Shown here piece by piece: positions 42,057-51,094 of a stretch of DNA of 64,000 nt. Each line of letters starts with the position of its first letter. Position 1 is the first letter of the stretch. A model generated the notes under the pieces. It did no database searches. It saw only the letters and a list, made by a program, of their open reading frames with translations, and was not told the DNA's origin. The translations under genes and the position numbers were made by a program. The stretch is from an uncultured Actinomycetes bacterium (GTDB taxonomy: Bacteria; Actinomycetota; UBA4738; HRBIN12), in NCBI GenBank assembly GCA_963704885.1, contig CAVPIB010000001.1, forward strand, positions 512,001 through 576,000. The letters run 5' to 3'.

Positions 42057-42392
42057 TTGAGGGAGTACGAGATCATGCTCATCCTGCCCGCCGAGGCCGA
42101 CGAAGCGTTGCTTGGCACGGCGGTGGACCGCATCACCAAGGTGATCGGCACCGTCGGCGGCGAGGTCGGGAACATCGATCGGTGGGGTCGCCGCCGGTTC
42201 GCTTACGAGATCGCGCACCAGACGGAGGGCTACTACGCCGTCGTGCGGTTCACCGCGGAACCGACCGTAACCACCGAGCTCGAGCGCGTCCTGAACCTTG
42301 CCGACGAAGTTATCCGGCACAAGGTGATGGTCGTACCCGAGAAGAAGGACAAGCCGCAGAAGCACAAGGCACCTTCCCCCACCCCGGCGTGA
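42057..42392 (+). CDS. rpsF: 30S ribosomal protein S6
   Basis: REYEIMLIL, WGRRRFAYEI, EGYY. Confidence 0.95.
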   Translation: MREYEIMLILPAEADEALLGTAVDRITKVIGTVGGEVGNIDRWGRRRFAYEIAHQTEGYYAVVRFTAEPTVTTELERVLNLADEVIRHKVMVVPEKKDKPQKHKAPSPTPA

Positions 42393-42438
42393 GCCATACG
42401 CGCTCTGGGTGCGGACGATCAAGAGGTGGTGAGTTGAC

Positions 42439-42894
42439 ATGGCGAACGACAACCAGGTGACCGTGGTCGGGAACCTGACCGACGACCCCGAGCTCCGCTA
42501 CACCCCTAACGGGGCAGCGGTGTGCAAGTTCCGGATCGCCGTGAACCGCCGGATGCCAGACGGGGCCGGTGGGTGGAAGGACGGCGAGGCGTCGTACTTC
42601 TCTGTGAACTGCTGGCGGAGCCTGGCCGAGAACGTGGCCGAGACGCTCACCCGCGGCACCCGCGTGGTCGTGTCCGGCCGTCTGCAGTACCGAGCCTGGG
42701 AGAACCAGGACGGAGACAAACGCAGCGCCGTCGAGATCGAGGCCGACGAGCTCGGTCCGAGCCTGCGGTGGGCCACCGCCACCATCGAACGCAACCCGCG
42801 TTCCTCCTCTGCCGGAAGCAGCGGAGATTGGGGCGACAAGGTGGCTGCACCGGTCGGCGGCCCGAGTGAGGAGACACCACTGGATGGCGGGTAA
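42439..42894 (+). CDS. ssb: Single-stranded DNA-binding protein
   Basis: [24 protein letters not shown]. Confidence 0.95.
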   Translation: MANDNQVTVVGNLTDDPELRYTPNGAAVCKFRIAVNRRMPDGAGGWKDGEASYFSVNCWRSLAENVAETLTRGTRVVVSGRLQYRAWENQDGDKRSAVEIEADELGPSLRWATATIERNPRSSSAGSSGDWGDKVAAPVGGPSEETPLDGG

Positions 42895-43165
42895 AGGGAA
42901 ACCTCGCGATGGGGCCAGGCGGCCCAAGCGCGACAAAGAGGACAAGCCGTGGAAGAAGCAGAAGCGCAAGATCTGCATCTTCTGCAAGGACAAGATCGAC
43001 TACGTCGACTACAAGGACGTGGTCGGGTTGCGCAAGTTCGTGTCGGAGCGCGGGAAGATCCGCGCGCGGCGCGTGTCGGGCAACTGCGTGCAGCATCAGC
43101 GCGACGTAGCCACCGCCGTCAAGAACGCCCGGCAGATGGCCATGCTGCCGTACGCGAGCAAATGA
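42884..43165 (+). CDS. rpsR: 30S ribosomal protein S18 (Zn-binding form)
   Basis: [26 protein letters not shown]. Confidence 0.95.
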   Translation: MAGKGKPRDGARRPKRDKEDKPWKKQKRKICIFCKDKIDYVDYKDVVGLRKFVSERGKIRARRVSGNCVQHQRDVATAVKNARQMAMLPYASK

Positions 43166-43611
43166 AGGTCATCCTTCAGAAGCCGGTCGAGAAGCTGGGC
43201 GATCCCGGTGACGTGGTCGACGTGGCGGCCGGCTACGCGCGCAACTACCTGATCCCGCGCTCGCTCGCCATCCGCGCCCACCGCGGCGCCGAGAAGCAGG
43301 CCGCGACCCTTCGACGCTCGCACATCTCACGCCAGTCGCAACAGAAGGTGGAGTTCGAGGCGCTGGCGGCCAAACTGATCGCGTCGCAGGTGCGGATCTC
43401 GGCCCGAGCCGGCGAAGAGGGCAAGCTCTTCGGATCGGTGACGGCGGCAGACATCGCCGAGGCGATCGCTGCCCAGGCCGAGATCACGGTCGACCGCAGG
43501 GACGTGCACCTGGACGAGCCCATCCGCTCGCTCGGAACCCACGAGGTCCGCGTGCATCTGTTCGCCGAGGTCGATCCGGTCTTGACCTTGGAGGTAGTCG
43601 CCGAGGAGTAG
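43162..43611 (+). CDS. rplI: 50S ribosomal protein L9
   Basis: [22 protein letters not shown]. Confidence 0.95.
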   Translation: MKVILQKPVEKLGDPGDVVDVAAGYARNYLIPRSLAIRAHRGAEKQAATLRRSHISRQSQQKVEFEALAAKLIASQVRISARAGEEGKLFGSVTAADIAEAIAAQAEITVDRRDVHLDEPIRSLGTHEVRVHLFAEVDPVLTLEVVAEE

Positions 43612-43636
43612 CGGCAGGGCAACGGAACATGAACGC

Positions 43637-43672
43637 CGCAAGGGCCGGGCTGCGCCCGGCCCTTGCGTTTAT
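43637..43672 (+). terminator. Intrinsic terminator of the rpsF operon
   Basis: CGCAAGGGCCGGGC-TGC-GCCCGGCCCTTGCG 14-bp stem followed by TTTAT. Confidence 0.8.
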
Positions 43673-43743
43673 CCCCAGCTTTCCACAGGTCGTGTCAGAG
43701 GCGATATGCACACTTGTCCACATGGTTCTCCACATGGGGAAAG
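43669..43743. promoter_or_regulatory. DnaA-box cluster upstream of dnaB
   Basis: TTATCCCCA, CTTTCCACA, ATATGCACA, TTGTCCACA, TTCTCCACA, and reverse CTTTCCCCA. Confidence 0.65.
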
Positions 43744-43877
43744 CCCAGGTCAGGCACGGAGTGACAAGGAATCTTCGAACGCCACCTGCGGCGTTGGGAA
43801 TCCACCGAGTTATCCGATGGAAAGATCGGGGCCGGAGCGTAGCCTCCAGAGGTCGAGGGTTGGTCGTTCGGTGAGGG

Positions 43878-46517
43878 GTGAGGGTTCTGGCGCGCACGGT
43901 TGAAGACGTTCGGCGCATCCCCGAGCATCGCGTTCCGCCGCAGAACCTGGAGGCCGAGGAATCGGTCCTAGGGGCCATGATGCTCTCGCCCGAGGCCACT
44001 GCCGACGTCGTGGAGATCCTGCAGGCCGACGACTTCTACCGCTCGTCCAACGGTCGCATCTACGAGGTGCTTCGCGGCCTCTACGCCAAAGGCGAGCCCG
44101 TCGACATCGTGACCAGCGTGGAGGCCCTGAAGCGCCAGGGGATCCTGGAAGACGTCGGCGGCCACCTCTACCTACGCGACCTGGTCGACCAGGTGCCCAC
44201 GCCGGCTTCGGCCGCCCACTACGCCAGGATCGTGTCGCAGACAGCGCTGCTCCGGCGATTGATCGGGGCGGCCGCCGACATCATAGACATGGCCTACACG
44301 GCGCCGGCCGATCCCGAGGGTGTGGCCGACGATGCCGAGCAGCGGATCTACGACGTCGCCCGCCGCGAGGACAACGAAGAGGTTGCCATCCTCCGCGACC
44401 TGGTCGACCAGGCCATGCTGGACCTGGAGAACATCCAGAACCGCGAGGCCCGCTACACGGGTCTTCCCACCGGCTTCCTCGATCTGGACGACCTCACCTC
44501 CGGACTACAGCCCGGGAACCTGGTCGTGATCGCGGCCAGACCGGGAGTAGGCAAGTCGTCGCTCGCCACCAACATCGCGCGTAACGTGGCCGTGACCGGA
44601 CACCCGGTTGCGATGTTCTCGCTCGAGATGTCCCGCAACGAGATCGGCATGCGACTCTTGTGCTCGGAGGCGGGCGTGCCGTGGGACCGCATCCGGAGCA
44701 AGCGCGTGGAAGCGCACCACTGGTCGCGCATCGTCCAGGCCGCCGAGGTGCTGCACGACGTCCCCCTGCATATCGTGGACTCCGGCAACGTGAACATCGT
44801 TGACATCCGCGCGAAGGCTCGAAGGATGCGGACCGGCCGTCAGGGCCTGGAGCTCATCATCGTCGACTACCTCCAGCTGATGACGAGTCCGCTGACCCGT
44901 CGCCCCGACAACCGCCAGCAGGAGGTCGCCGAGATCAGCCGCTCGCTCAAGCTGTTGGCCAAGGAGCTGCACGTTCCGGTGATCGCGCTTTCACAGTTGA
45001 ACCGCAACCCTGAGGCCCGCGCGGACAAGCGCCCACAGCTCTCGGACCTTCGCGAGTGCGTCACTGGGGATACGCTCGTTGCGCTCGCCGATGGGCGGCG
45101 GGTGCCGATCCAGGATCTGGTTGGGACCGAGCCCGACGTTCTGGCCATGGCGCCGGGAGGCCGGCTGATCGAGGCCCGCAGCGACAAGGTGTGGCCGGTG
45201 GGTGTTCGTCCGGTGTTCGAGGTCGCGCTCGCGAGCGGCCGCTCGATCCGCTGCACCGCCGAGCACCGGTTGTACGGCGCCGACGGCTGGATCCGGGTGA
45301 AAGACCTCGGTGTGGGGGACCGGTTGGCCATCGCGCGACGCCTGCCCGAGCCTGCCAGAACGGTCGAGTGGCCCGACGAACGTGTGGCGCTCCTGGGCCA
45401 ACTCATAGGTGACGGCAGTTATCTGAAGCATCAACCCATGCGATACACGACCGCATCCGAGGAGAACAGCGAGCTCGTCAGCAGGGCAGCCCGTGAGGAG
45501 TTCGGCGTTACCGTCAAGCGGTATCGAGGACGCGGGCTCTGGCATCAGCTGTTGCTGACCGGCCAGGGCAATCGTTGGCATCCAACGGGCGTGAATGCGT
45601 GGCTCAAGGAACTCGGACTCTTCGATCAGCGATCGCATCAGAAGCGGCTCCCAGCCGAGGCATTCCAGTTCTCTGACCGACAGGTTGCGATCATGCTCCG
45701 GCATCTGTGGGCGACGGACGGATGCATCCACGCGCGACGCCCGGGATCGAAGGGCAGTCATACCGTCTACTTCTCCACCAGTAGCCGCGGATTGGCTGAC
45801 GATGTCGCGGCTTTGCTCCTGCGCTTCGGGATCGTGGCTCGCACTAAGAAGGTGGAGAAGACGGGCTACCGTCCTTGGTGGCACGTCTACGTCTCGGGAG
45901 CCGTCGACCAGCGGTGGTTCCTTCGACAGATCGGAGCCTTCGGTCCGCGGGTCGAACAGGCTGCCCGGTTGGCAGCTGCGCTTGAAGGCATGGTGCCGAA
46001 CACGAATGTCGACACCCTGCCGGTCGAAGTGTTCGGCAGAGTGCGGAGCGCGATGCGCCATCAAGGGATCAGCGCTCGAGAGATGGCAGCGCTCCGGGGG
46101 ACCACGTTCGGAGGCGAAAGTCATTTCGCGTTCTCGCCCTCGCGCTGGGTCGTCGCCGAGTACGCGACCATCTTGGGCGACGATGAGCTCGAAGCGGCAG
46201 CGACCAGTGACCTCTTCTGGGATCGTATCTCCGGTGTGCGTAAGGATCTTCCTGAGTTAGTGTTTGATATGACAGTGCCTGGGCCCTCTAACTGGGTAGC
46301 AGGGTCAGGAAGTGTTATATCTCATAACTCTGGGGCGATCGAACAGGACAGCGACGTGGTCATGTTCATCCACCGTGAGGACGCCGATCCCGAGAAGAAG
46401 CGGCAGACCGAGCTGATCATCGCCAAGCACCGCAACGGGCCCACCGGCAACATCCGCTTGGACTTCGAGCCGGCCCTCACGCAGTTCCGCAACGCGGCCC
46501 GCGACGCTCCTCAGTGA
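43878..46517 (+). CDS. dnaB: Replicative DNA helicase with intein
   Basis: PPQNLEAEESVLG, ARPGVGKS, IVDYLQL, LSDLRE|...|SGAIEQD. Confidence 0.95.
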   Translation: MRVLARTVEDVRRIPEHRVPPQNLEAEESVLGAMMLSPEATADVVEILQADDFYRSSNGRIYEVLRGLYAKGEPVDIVTSVEALKRQGILEDVGGHLYLRDLVDQVPTPASAAHYARIVSQTALLRRLIGAAADIIDMAYTAPADPEGVADDAEQRIYDVARREDNEEVAILRDLVDQAMLDLENIQNREARYTGLPTGFLDLDDLTSGLQPGNLVVIAARPGVGKSSLATNIARNVAVTGHPVAMFSLEMSRNEIGMRLLCSEAGVPWDRIRSKRVEAHHWSRIVQAAEVLHDVPLHIVDSGNVNIVDIRAKARRMRTGRQGLELIIVDYLQLMTSPLTRRPDNRQQEVAEISRSLKLLAKELHVPVIALSQLNRNPEARADKRPQLSDLRECVTGDTLVALADGRRVPIQDLVGTEPDVLAMAPGGRLIEARSDKVWPVGVRPVFEVALASGRSIRCTAEHRLYGADGWIRVKDLGVGDRLAIARRLPEPARTVEWPDERVALLGQLIGDGSYLKHQPMRYTTASEENSELVSRAAREEFGVTVKRYRGRGLWHQLLLTGQGNRWHPTGVNAWLKELGLFDQRSHQKRLPAEAFQFSDRQVAIMLRHLWATDGCIHARRPGSKGSHTVYFSTSSRGLADDVAALLLRFGIVARTKKVEKTGYRPWWHVYVSGAVDQRWFLRQIGAFGPRVEQAARLAAALEGMVPNTNVDTLPVEVFGRVRSAMRHQGISAREMAALRGTTFGGESHFAFSPSRWVVAEYATILGDDELEAAATSDLFWDRISGVRKDLPELVFDMTVPGPSNWVAGSGSVISHNSGAIEQDSDVVMFIHREDADPEKKRQTELIIAKHRNGPTGNIRLDFEPALTQFRNAARDAPQ
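45057..46328 (+). mobile_element. Intein (424 aa) with LAGLIDADG homing endonuclease
   Basis: N-terminal CVTGDT, block B TAEH, LLGQLIGDG and LWATDG motifs, C-terminal SHN followed by Ser. Confidence 0.93.
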
Positions 46518-47215
46518 CCCCCACCCCCGCGCCAGTCACCGCCACACCCCGTCGGGTCCGGGCGATCCTAAACCGGCTCCAGAAGCGATGGGGTCCGATG
46601 CAGCCGCCGCGCCGCGTCGACCCGCTCGACGAGCTGATCCTCACCGTGCTGTCGCAACACACGAGCGACCTGAACGCCGAGCGAGCGTTCGCGCAGTTGC
46701 GCGAGGCGTTCCCCAGTTGGAACGCCGTGGTCGATGCCGGGACTAAGGCGGTCGCCGACGCCATCCGAAGCGGCGGGCTGGCCGACTCCAAGGCGCCCCG
46801 TCTCCAGGCGATCCTTCGCGAGATCCGGGAACGAGAAGGTAGCTTCGATCTGTCGGTGCTCCGGACGATGTCCGACCCCGAGGCCCGCGCCTACCTGACG
46901 TCGCTCCCGGGTGTCGGACCCAAGACTGCCGCGGTCGTCCTATCGTTCGCGCTGGGCCGCGACGCGATCCCGGTCGACACCCACGTGCATCGTGTGTCGA
47001 AGCGCCTCGGAATGGTCCCATCGAACTCGACCGCCGAGAAGGCGGACCGGCTGCTCCACGACCTGGTCCCCGACGGACTACGGACGCCGCTTCACGTGGC
47101 GTTGATCCGGCTGGGCCGCGAGATCTGCAAGGCGCCGACGCCGCTCTGCCGCGCCTGTCCTCTGAAAGACCTCTGCCCGACGGCCCCTCGCTACCTCCTC
47201 CCGAGTCAGACCTAG
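46514..47215 (+). CDS. nth: Endonuclease III-family DNA glycosylase
   Basis: LPGVGPKTA HhH motif, PVDTHV, Cx6Cx2Cx5C. Confidence 0.85.
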   Translation: MTPTPAPVTATPRRVRAILNRLQKRWGPMQPPRRVDPLDELILTVLSQHTSDLNAERAFAQLREAFPSWNAVVDAGTKAVADAIRSGGLADSKAPRLQAILREIREREGSFDLSVLRTMSDPEARAYLTSLPGVGPKTAAVVLSFALGRDAIPVDTHVHRVSKRLGMVPSNSTAEKADRLLHDLVPDGLRTPLHVALIRLGREICKAPTPLCRACPLKDLCPTAPRYLLPSQT

Positions 47216-47236
47216 AGGAGCCGCTCCCGGCTCGTC

Positions 47237-47775
47237 TCAGCGGCGGGTGATGTGATCCCGAACGAAAGCAGCTCGGTCGCGGGTCGATCCTCGAGGCACT
47301 TCTATCAAGACATAGCCGGCAAGTTCGTAGGCGTCCGTGAGCGCCCCATGGAAGGCCACGTGTCGGCGAACGACATGACCCGTTCGTCGTCCACCACGTA
47401 GATGTCTTCCCAGGGTCCGAGGACGAATACCTCGTCGTTGTACCGATACTCCTGCGAGGCTAGGACGCTCGGTGTTGGATCGATCCCGAACAAGACTGCG
47501 TAGGCGATGCAATCCGGGATGCCGCGGTCGAAGACTACGGAGCCATCGCCGCGCTGGGCCGCCTCGTACTTCTCGATCGACCGGCGCAAGATCAGATCCA
47601 GGAACGATGATCGATCTCGGTCGTGAGTGCCGGCGCCACCCATCGATCGCTGTTCCGCCAGGATCTCTCTCGCTGGTTCACCCACGCAACGGATGTCGGC
47701 GCCGATGTGGTCGAGCGTCGCCGTCTTACCGGAGCCCGGGGCGCCCGTAAGGATGAAGAGGTCGGCAGAGCCCAT
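47237..47775 (-). CDS. AAA_28-like ATPase (frameshift near 47358)
   Basis: TGAPGSGKT, FDRGIPD, PWEDIY..D.ER; the C-terminus AYELAGY..RAAFV is in another frame. Confidence 0.7.
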
Positions 47776-47832
47776 CATGCATCAAGCTTGACACGGCGGC
47801 GCACGCATGAGCCGCTGTGTGGCGACGATCGC

Positions 47833-47906
47833 TGGAGCGGGTGAGGGGAATCGAACCCCCGTCTCAAGCTTGGGAAGCTTACGTTCTGCCATTGAACCAC
47901 ACCCGC
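47833..47906 (-). tRNA. tRNA-Gly(CCC)
   Basis: GCGGGTGTGGTTCAATGGCAGAACGTAAGCTTCCCAAGCTTGAGACGGGGGTTCGATTCCCCTCACCCGCTCCA; cloverleaf with encoded CCA. Confidence 0.96.
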
Positions 47907-47987
47907 GTGACCCCACCGGACGCCCCGGCGGGCCACAAGTGTAGCGAGCCACTGGCTCCTGGTGCGACCTGCTACGTTGCCTCTCCC

Positions 47988-49013
47988 ATGGCCGAGCTCG
48001 ACCCCGACTTCTGGCCGCACACGCTCTCCCGCGTGATCGCGCACCAGGCACTCACTGCGGACGACGCCGCCGAAGCGATGCGCGTGATCATGGCCGGTGA
48101 GGCCTCGCCCGGCCAGATCGGCGGCTTCCTGATGGCCCTTCGAACCAAGGGCGAGACCGTCGAGGAGCTGGAGGGGCTCTCACGCACCGCGCTTGGTTTC
48201 GCGAACCCTGTGCGCGCGCCATCGCCCGTCGTGGACACATGCGGCACCGGCGGAGATCGCAGCGGCACCTTCAACATCTCCACCGTCGCGGCGATCGTGG
48301 TGGCCGGTGCCGGCGTGCCGGTGGCGAAGCACGGCAACCGGGCTGCCTCGTCGCATTGCGGCTCTGCCGACCTTCTCGAGGCCCTCGGCGTGACGATCGA
48401 TCTGGGACCCGAGGGCGTGGAGCGTTGCCTGGCCGATGCCGGCATCGGGTTCATGTTCGCGCCGGTCTTCCACCCGGCCGCCGCGCACGCGGGTCCGGTT
48501 CGCCGCGAGCTCCGGGTTCCGACCGTCTTCAACTTCTTGGGACCGCTCACTAATCCAGCACGGCCGTTCGCCCAGGTGGTCGGGGTATCCGATGAGCGGA
48601 TGATGCCTCTCATGGCGGAGGTTCTCGCCCGACGCGGAACGCGTGCGAAGGTCTTCCGCGGTGAGGACGGCCTCGACGAGCTCACCACAACCGGGATGTC
48701 CACGGTCTTCGACGTCCGGGACGGAGACGTCCTCGAAGGCCATCTTGATCCCTCGACGTTCGGCTTGCCGAGGGCGACCCTCGAGGACCTTCGTGGCGGC
48801 GACGCTGAGACGGCCGCCGAGATCGCCCGCTCCATACTCGCGGGCGAGGGTGGTCCACGCCGCGACGTCGTGCTGCTGAACGCGGCTGCAGCGCTGGAGG
48901 TGGCCGGCCGTGCCCCCACGCTCGAAGACGGACTGCAGATCGCCGCCGCGGCGATCGACACGGGCGCCGCTACCGCCACCCTCGGTCGATGGGTCGCGGC
49001 CTCCAAGGCGTGA
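47988..49013 (+). CDS. trpD: Anthranilate phosphoribosyltransferase
   Basis: DTCGTGGD, FNIST, KHGNRAASS, GLDE. Confidence 0.94.
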   Translation: MAELDPDFWPHTLSRVIAHQALTADDAAEAMRVIMAGEASPGQIGGFLMALRTKGETVEELEGLSRTALGFANPVRAPSPVVDTCGTGGDRSGTFNISTVAAIVVAGAGVPVAKHGNRAASSHCGSADLLEALGVTIDLGPEGVERCLADAGIGFMFAPVFHPAAAHAGPVRRELRVPTVFNFLGPLTNPARPFAQVVGVSDERMMPLMAEVLARRGTRAKVFRGEDGLDELTTTGMSTVFDVRDGDVLEGHLDPSTFGLPRATLEDLRGGDAETAAEIARSILAGEGGPRRDVVLLNAAAALEVAGRAPTLEDGLQIAAAAIDTGAATATLGRWVAASKA

Positions 49014-49044
49014 CGTCGTCCCGAACGGGTAGCATCACCGCCCG

Positions 49045-49617
49045 ATGATCCTGTCTGATCGTTCGATCCGTGAGGAGATCTCCGCCGGTCGCATCGTCGT
49101 CGATCCGTTCAAGGATGAGTGCGTGCAGCCATCGTCTATCGATCTGCACGTGGACCGGCAGTTCCGCGTCTTCCAGAACAACCGCTATCCGTTCATCGAC
49201 GTCATGAAGGAACAGCCGGACCTGACCGAGCTGGTCGAGGTCAAAGGTGGCGAGCCCTTCATCCTTCATCCCGGCGAGTTCGTGTTGGGGTCTACGCTCG
49301 AGCGGATCGCGCTGCCGGACGATCTCGTCGCCCGCTTGGAGGGGAAGTCGTCGCTCGGCCGCCTAGGTTTGTTGATCCATTCGACGGCGGGCTACGTGGA
49401 CCCCGGTTGGGATGGCTACCTCACCCTCGAGCTCTCGAACGTGGCGAACCTACCGATCACCATCTACCCGGGCATGAAGATCGGGCAGATCTCGTTCTTC
49501 CGGCTCACTACGGCAGCTGATACGCCCTACGGTGCCGCCGGGAGCAAGTACCAGGGCCAGCGCGGCCCCACGGCGAGCAAGTTCTTCCAGGAGTTCGCCG
49601 ACAGCTCCGAGTCGTAA
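49045..49617 (+). CDS. dcd: dCTP deaminase
   Basis: [30 protein letters not shown]. Confidence 0.95.
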   Translation: MILSDRSIREEISAGRIVVDPFKDECVQPSSIDLHVDRQFRVFQNNRYPFIDVMKEQPDLTELVEVKGGEPFILHPGEFVLGSTLERIALPDDLVARLEGKSSLGRLGLLIHSTAGYVDPGWDGYLTLELSNVANLPITIYPGMKIGQISFFRLTTAADTPYGAAGSKYQGQRGPTASKFFQEFADSSES

Positions 49618-49622
49618 CCTCG

Positions 49623-50306
49623 CTACTCGGGACCGCCCACGGTTCCCGGAACCGGCCCCACGCCCAGCTGCACGGCCATCATCGCGGCCTGCGTCCGGTT
49701 GGTGACGCCGAGCTTGCGGAAGATCGCAGCCAGGTGCGCCTTCACCGTCTTCTCCGACAGGTATAGGTTCTGCGCGATCGACCGATTGCTCCGGCCTTCG
49801 GACAGGAGCGCCAGGATGTCGTGCTCCCGTTTCGTCAGGTTGTACTCGGTGCGGCGATGCCGGTCGTGACCGTTCGCGTTCTGACCCGAGGGATCCACGT
49901 CTTCGAACAGGTTCTGGATCACGCGGGGCGACAGCACGTTCCCGCCGCCGGAGATCGCCACGTTGATCGCCTGTCCTAGGTCTTCCGGCGTGGCGTCCTT
50001 CAAGAGGTAGCCGGCGGCTCCGTCAGACAGCGCGCGTTTCACGTACGGCGCGTTCTCGTAGGTCGAGAGCATGATCACCGGGACGTCGGGCCACTCTGTC
50101 TTCATCGCCCGCAGCAGCTCGAGCCCGTCCAGATCCGGCATGCGGACGTCGACGAGCGCCAGATCGGCCACCTTGGCCCGCATCAGCTCCAGCGCCATCG
50201 CGGCGCTGTCTGCTTCTGCGACGTCGGCGTCCGGGAACCCCTCCTTAACCACGTAGCTCATGCCACGGCGCACGAGCGCGTGGTCATCCACGATCAAGAT
50301 CCTCAT
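49623..50306 (-). CDS. NarL/LuxR-family response regulator
   Basis: VDDH, DVRMP, LTKREHDIL HTH. Confidence 0.92.
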   Translation of the reverse strand: MRILIVDDHALVRRGMSYVVKEGFPDADVAEADSAAMALELMRAKVADLALVDVRMPDLDGLELLRAMKTEWPDVPVIMLSTYENAPYVKRALSDGAAGYLLKDATPEDLGQAINVAISGGGNVLSPRVIQNLFEDVDPSGQNANGHDRHRRTEYNLTKREHDILALLSEGRSNRSIAQNLYLSEKTVKAHLAAIFRKLGVTNRTQAAMMAVQLGVGPVPGTVGGPE

Positions 50307-51034
50307 CGTTCCTCTCCTCGCCCTCCGACGGGAAGGAGCGCGACCACACAGGTCCCGCCCCCGGGCGTCGATCCGATCTCCACGGTCCCACCGATGTCTT
50401 CGGCGCGAACCCTCATCATGTGAAGCCCGAAGTGTGGGTCGTCGTCTTCAGCGGGCTGGATCCCGCGACCACGATCCTCGACCTCGATCCGCAGACCCTG
50501 CGCATCGGCCCGCACTCGGACCTCCACGTCGGGGGTATCGGCATGCTTGGCTGCGTTCGCGAGCGATTCTGCGATCACCGCGTGCGCCGTCTCCAAGACG
50601 GCCGCGGGCGCAGCGTCAGCGTCGCCCTCTATGGATACGCGCGCGGGGAGTCCCCACCGCGCTACCAGCTCCTCCACGAAGACCGCCAGAGGCGGCTCGG
50701 GCGGCCTCTGGTCCTCATACAGTTCGAAGAGCAGCTGACGGATCTCGCGCAGATCGGCCCGGATAGCGGCTTCGACCGCTGCGAGCGAGGCCGTGGCCCC
50801 GGCCGGATCGGACAGGATCCGTGCACGAAGCGACTGGAGCTCCAGGACGGCGCTGGTCACCGTCTGGGTCAGACCATCGTGGATCCGCATGGCCCATCGG
50901 GCACGCTCTTCGAGCACTCGGGTCTCCACCAACTGGTCGACGGCGGAGTCGTGTGTCGGGCGTACGGAGGCGACGGGGGCGCTCATACCTGGCGATATCC
51001 CTTCGGTCGGGGCCGTTCGTTCTAGTCCCTTCAT
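50303..51034 (-). CDS. Soluble HisKA_3 histidine kinase without a sensor domain
   Basis: ERARWAMRIHDG, ESLANAAKHA, DRGRG, FGL; no TM segment. Confidence 0.82.
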   Translation of the reverse strand: MKGLERTAPTEGISPGMSAPVASVRPTHDSAVDQLVETRVLEERARWAMRIHDGLTQTVTSAVLELQSLRARILSDPAGATASLAAVEAAIRADLREIRQLLFELYEDQRPPEPPLAVFVEELVARWGLPARVSIEGDADAAPAAVLETAHAVIAESLANAAKHADTPDVEVRVRADAQGLRIEVEDRGRGIQPAEDDDPHFGLHMMRVRAEDIGGTVEIGSTPGGGTCVVALLPVGGRGEER

Positions 51035-51094
51035 CGGTCGAAGGGGCGCACGGCTTGACCCGTTGGCGGGACGAGATGATCAGAACGAACGTGT

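Noticed and set aside
47237-47843. Integrative element at the tRNA-Gly 3' end
   Set aside because: No integrase; only an 8-bp match (GCGGGTGA) to the tRNA end, which is not significant.
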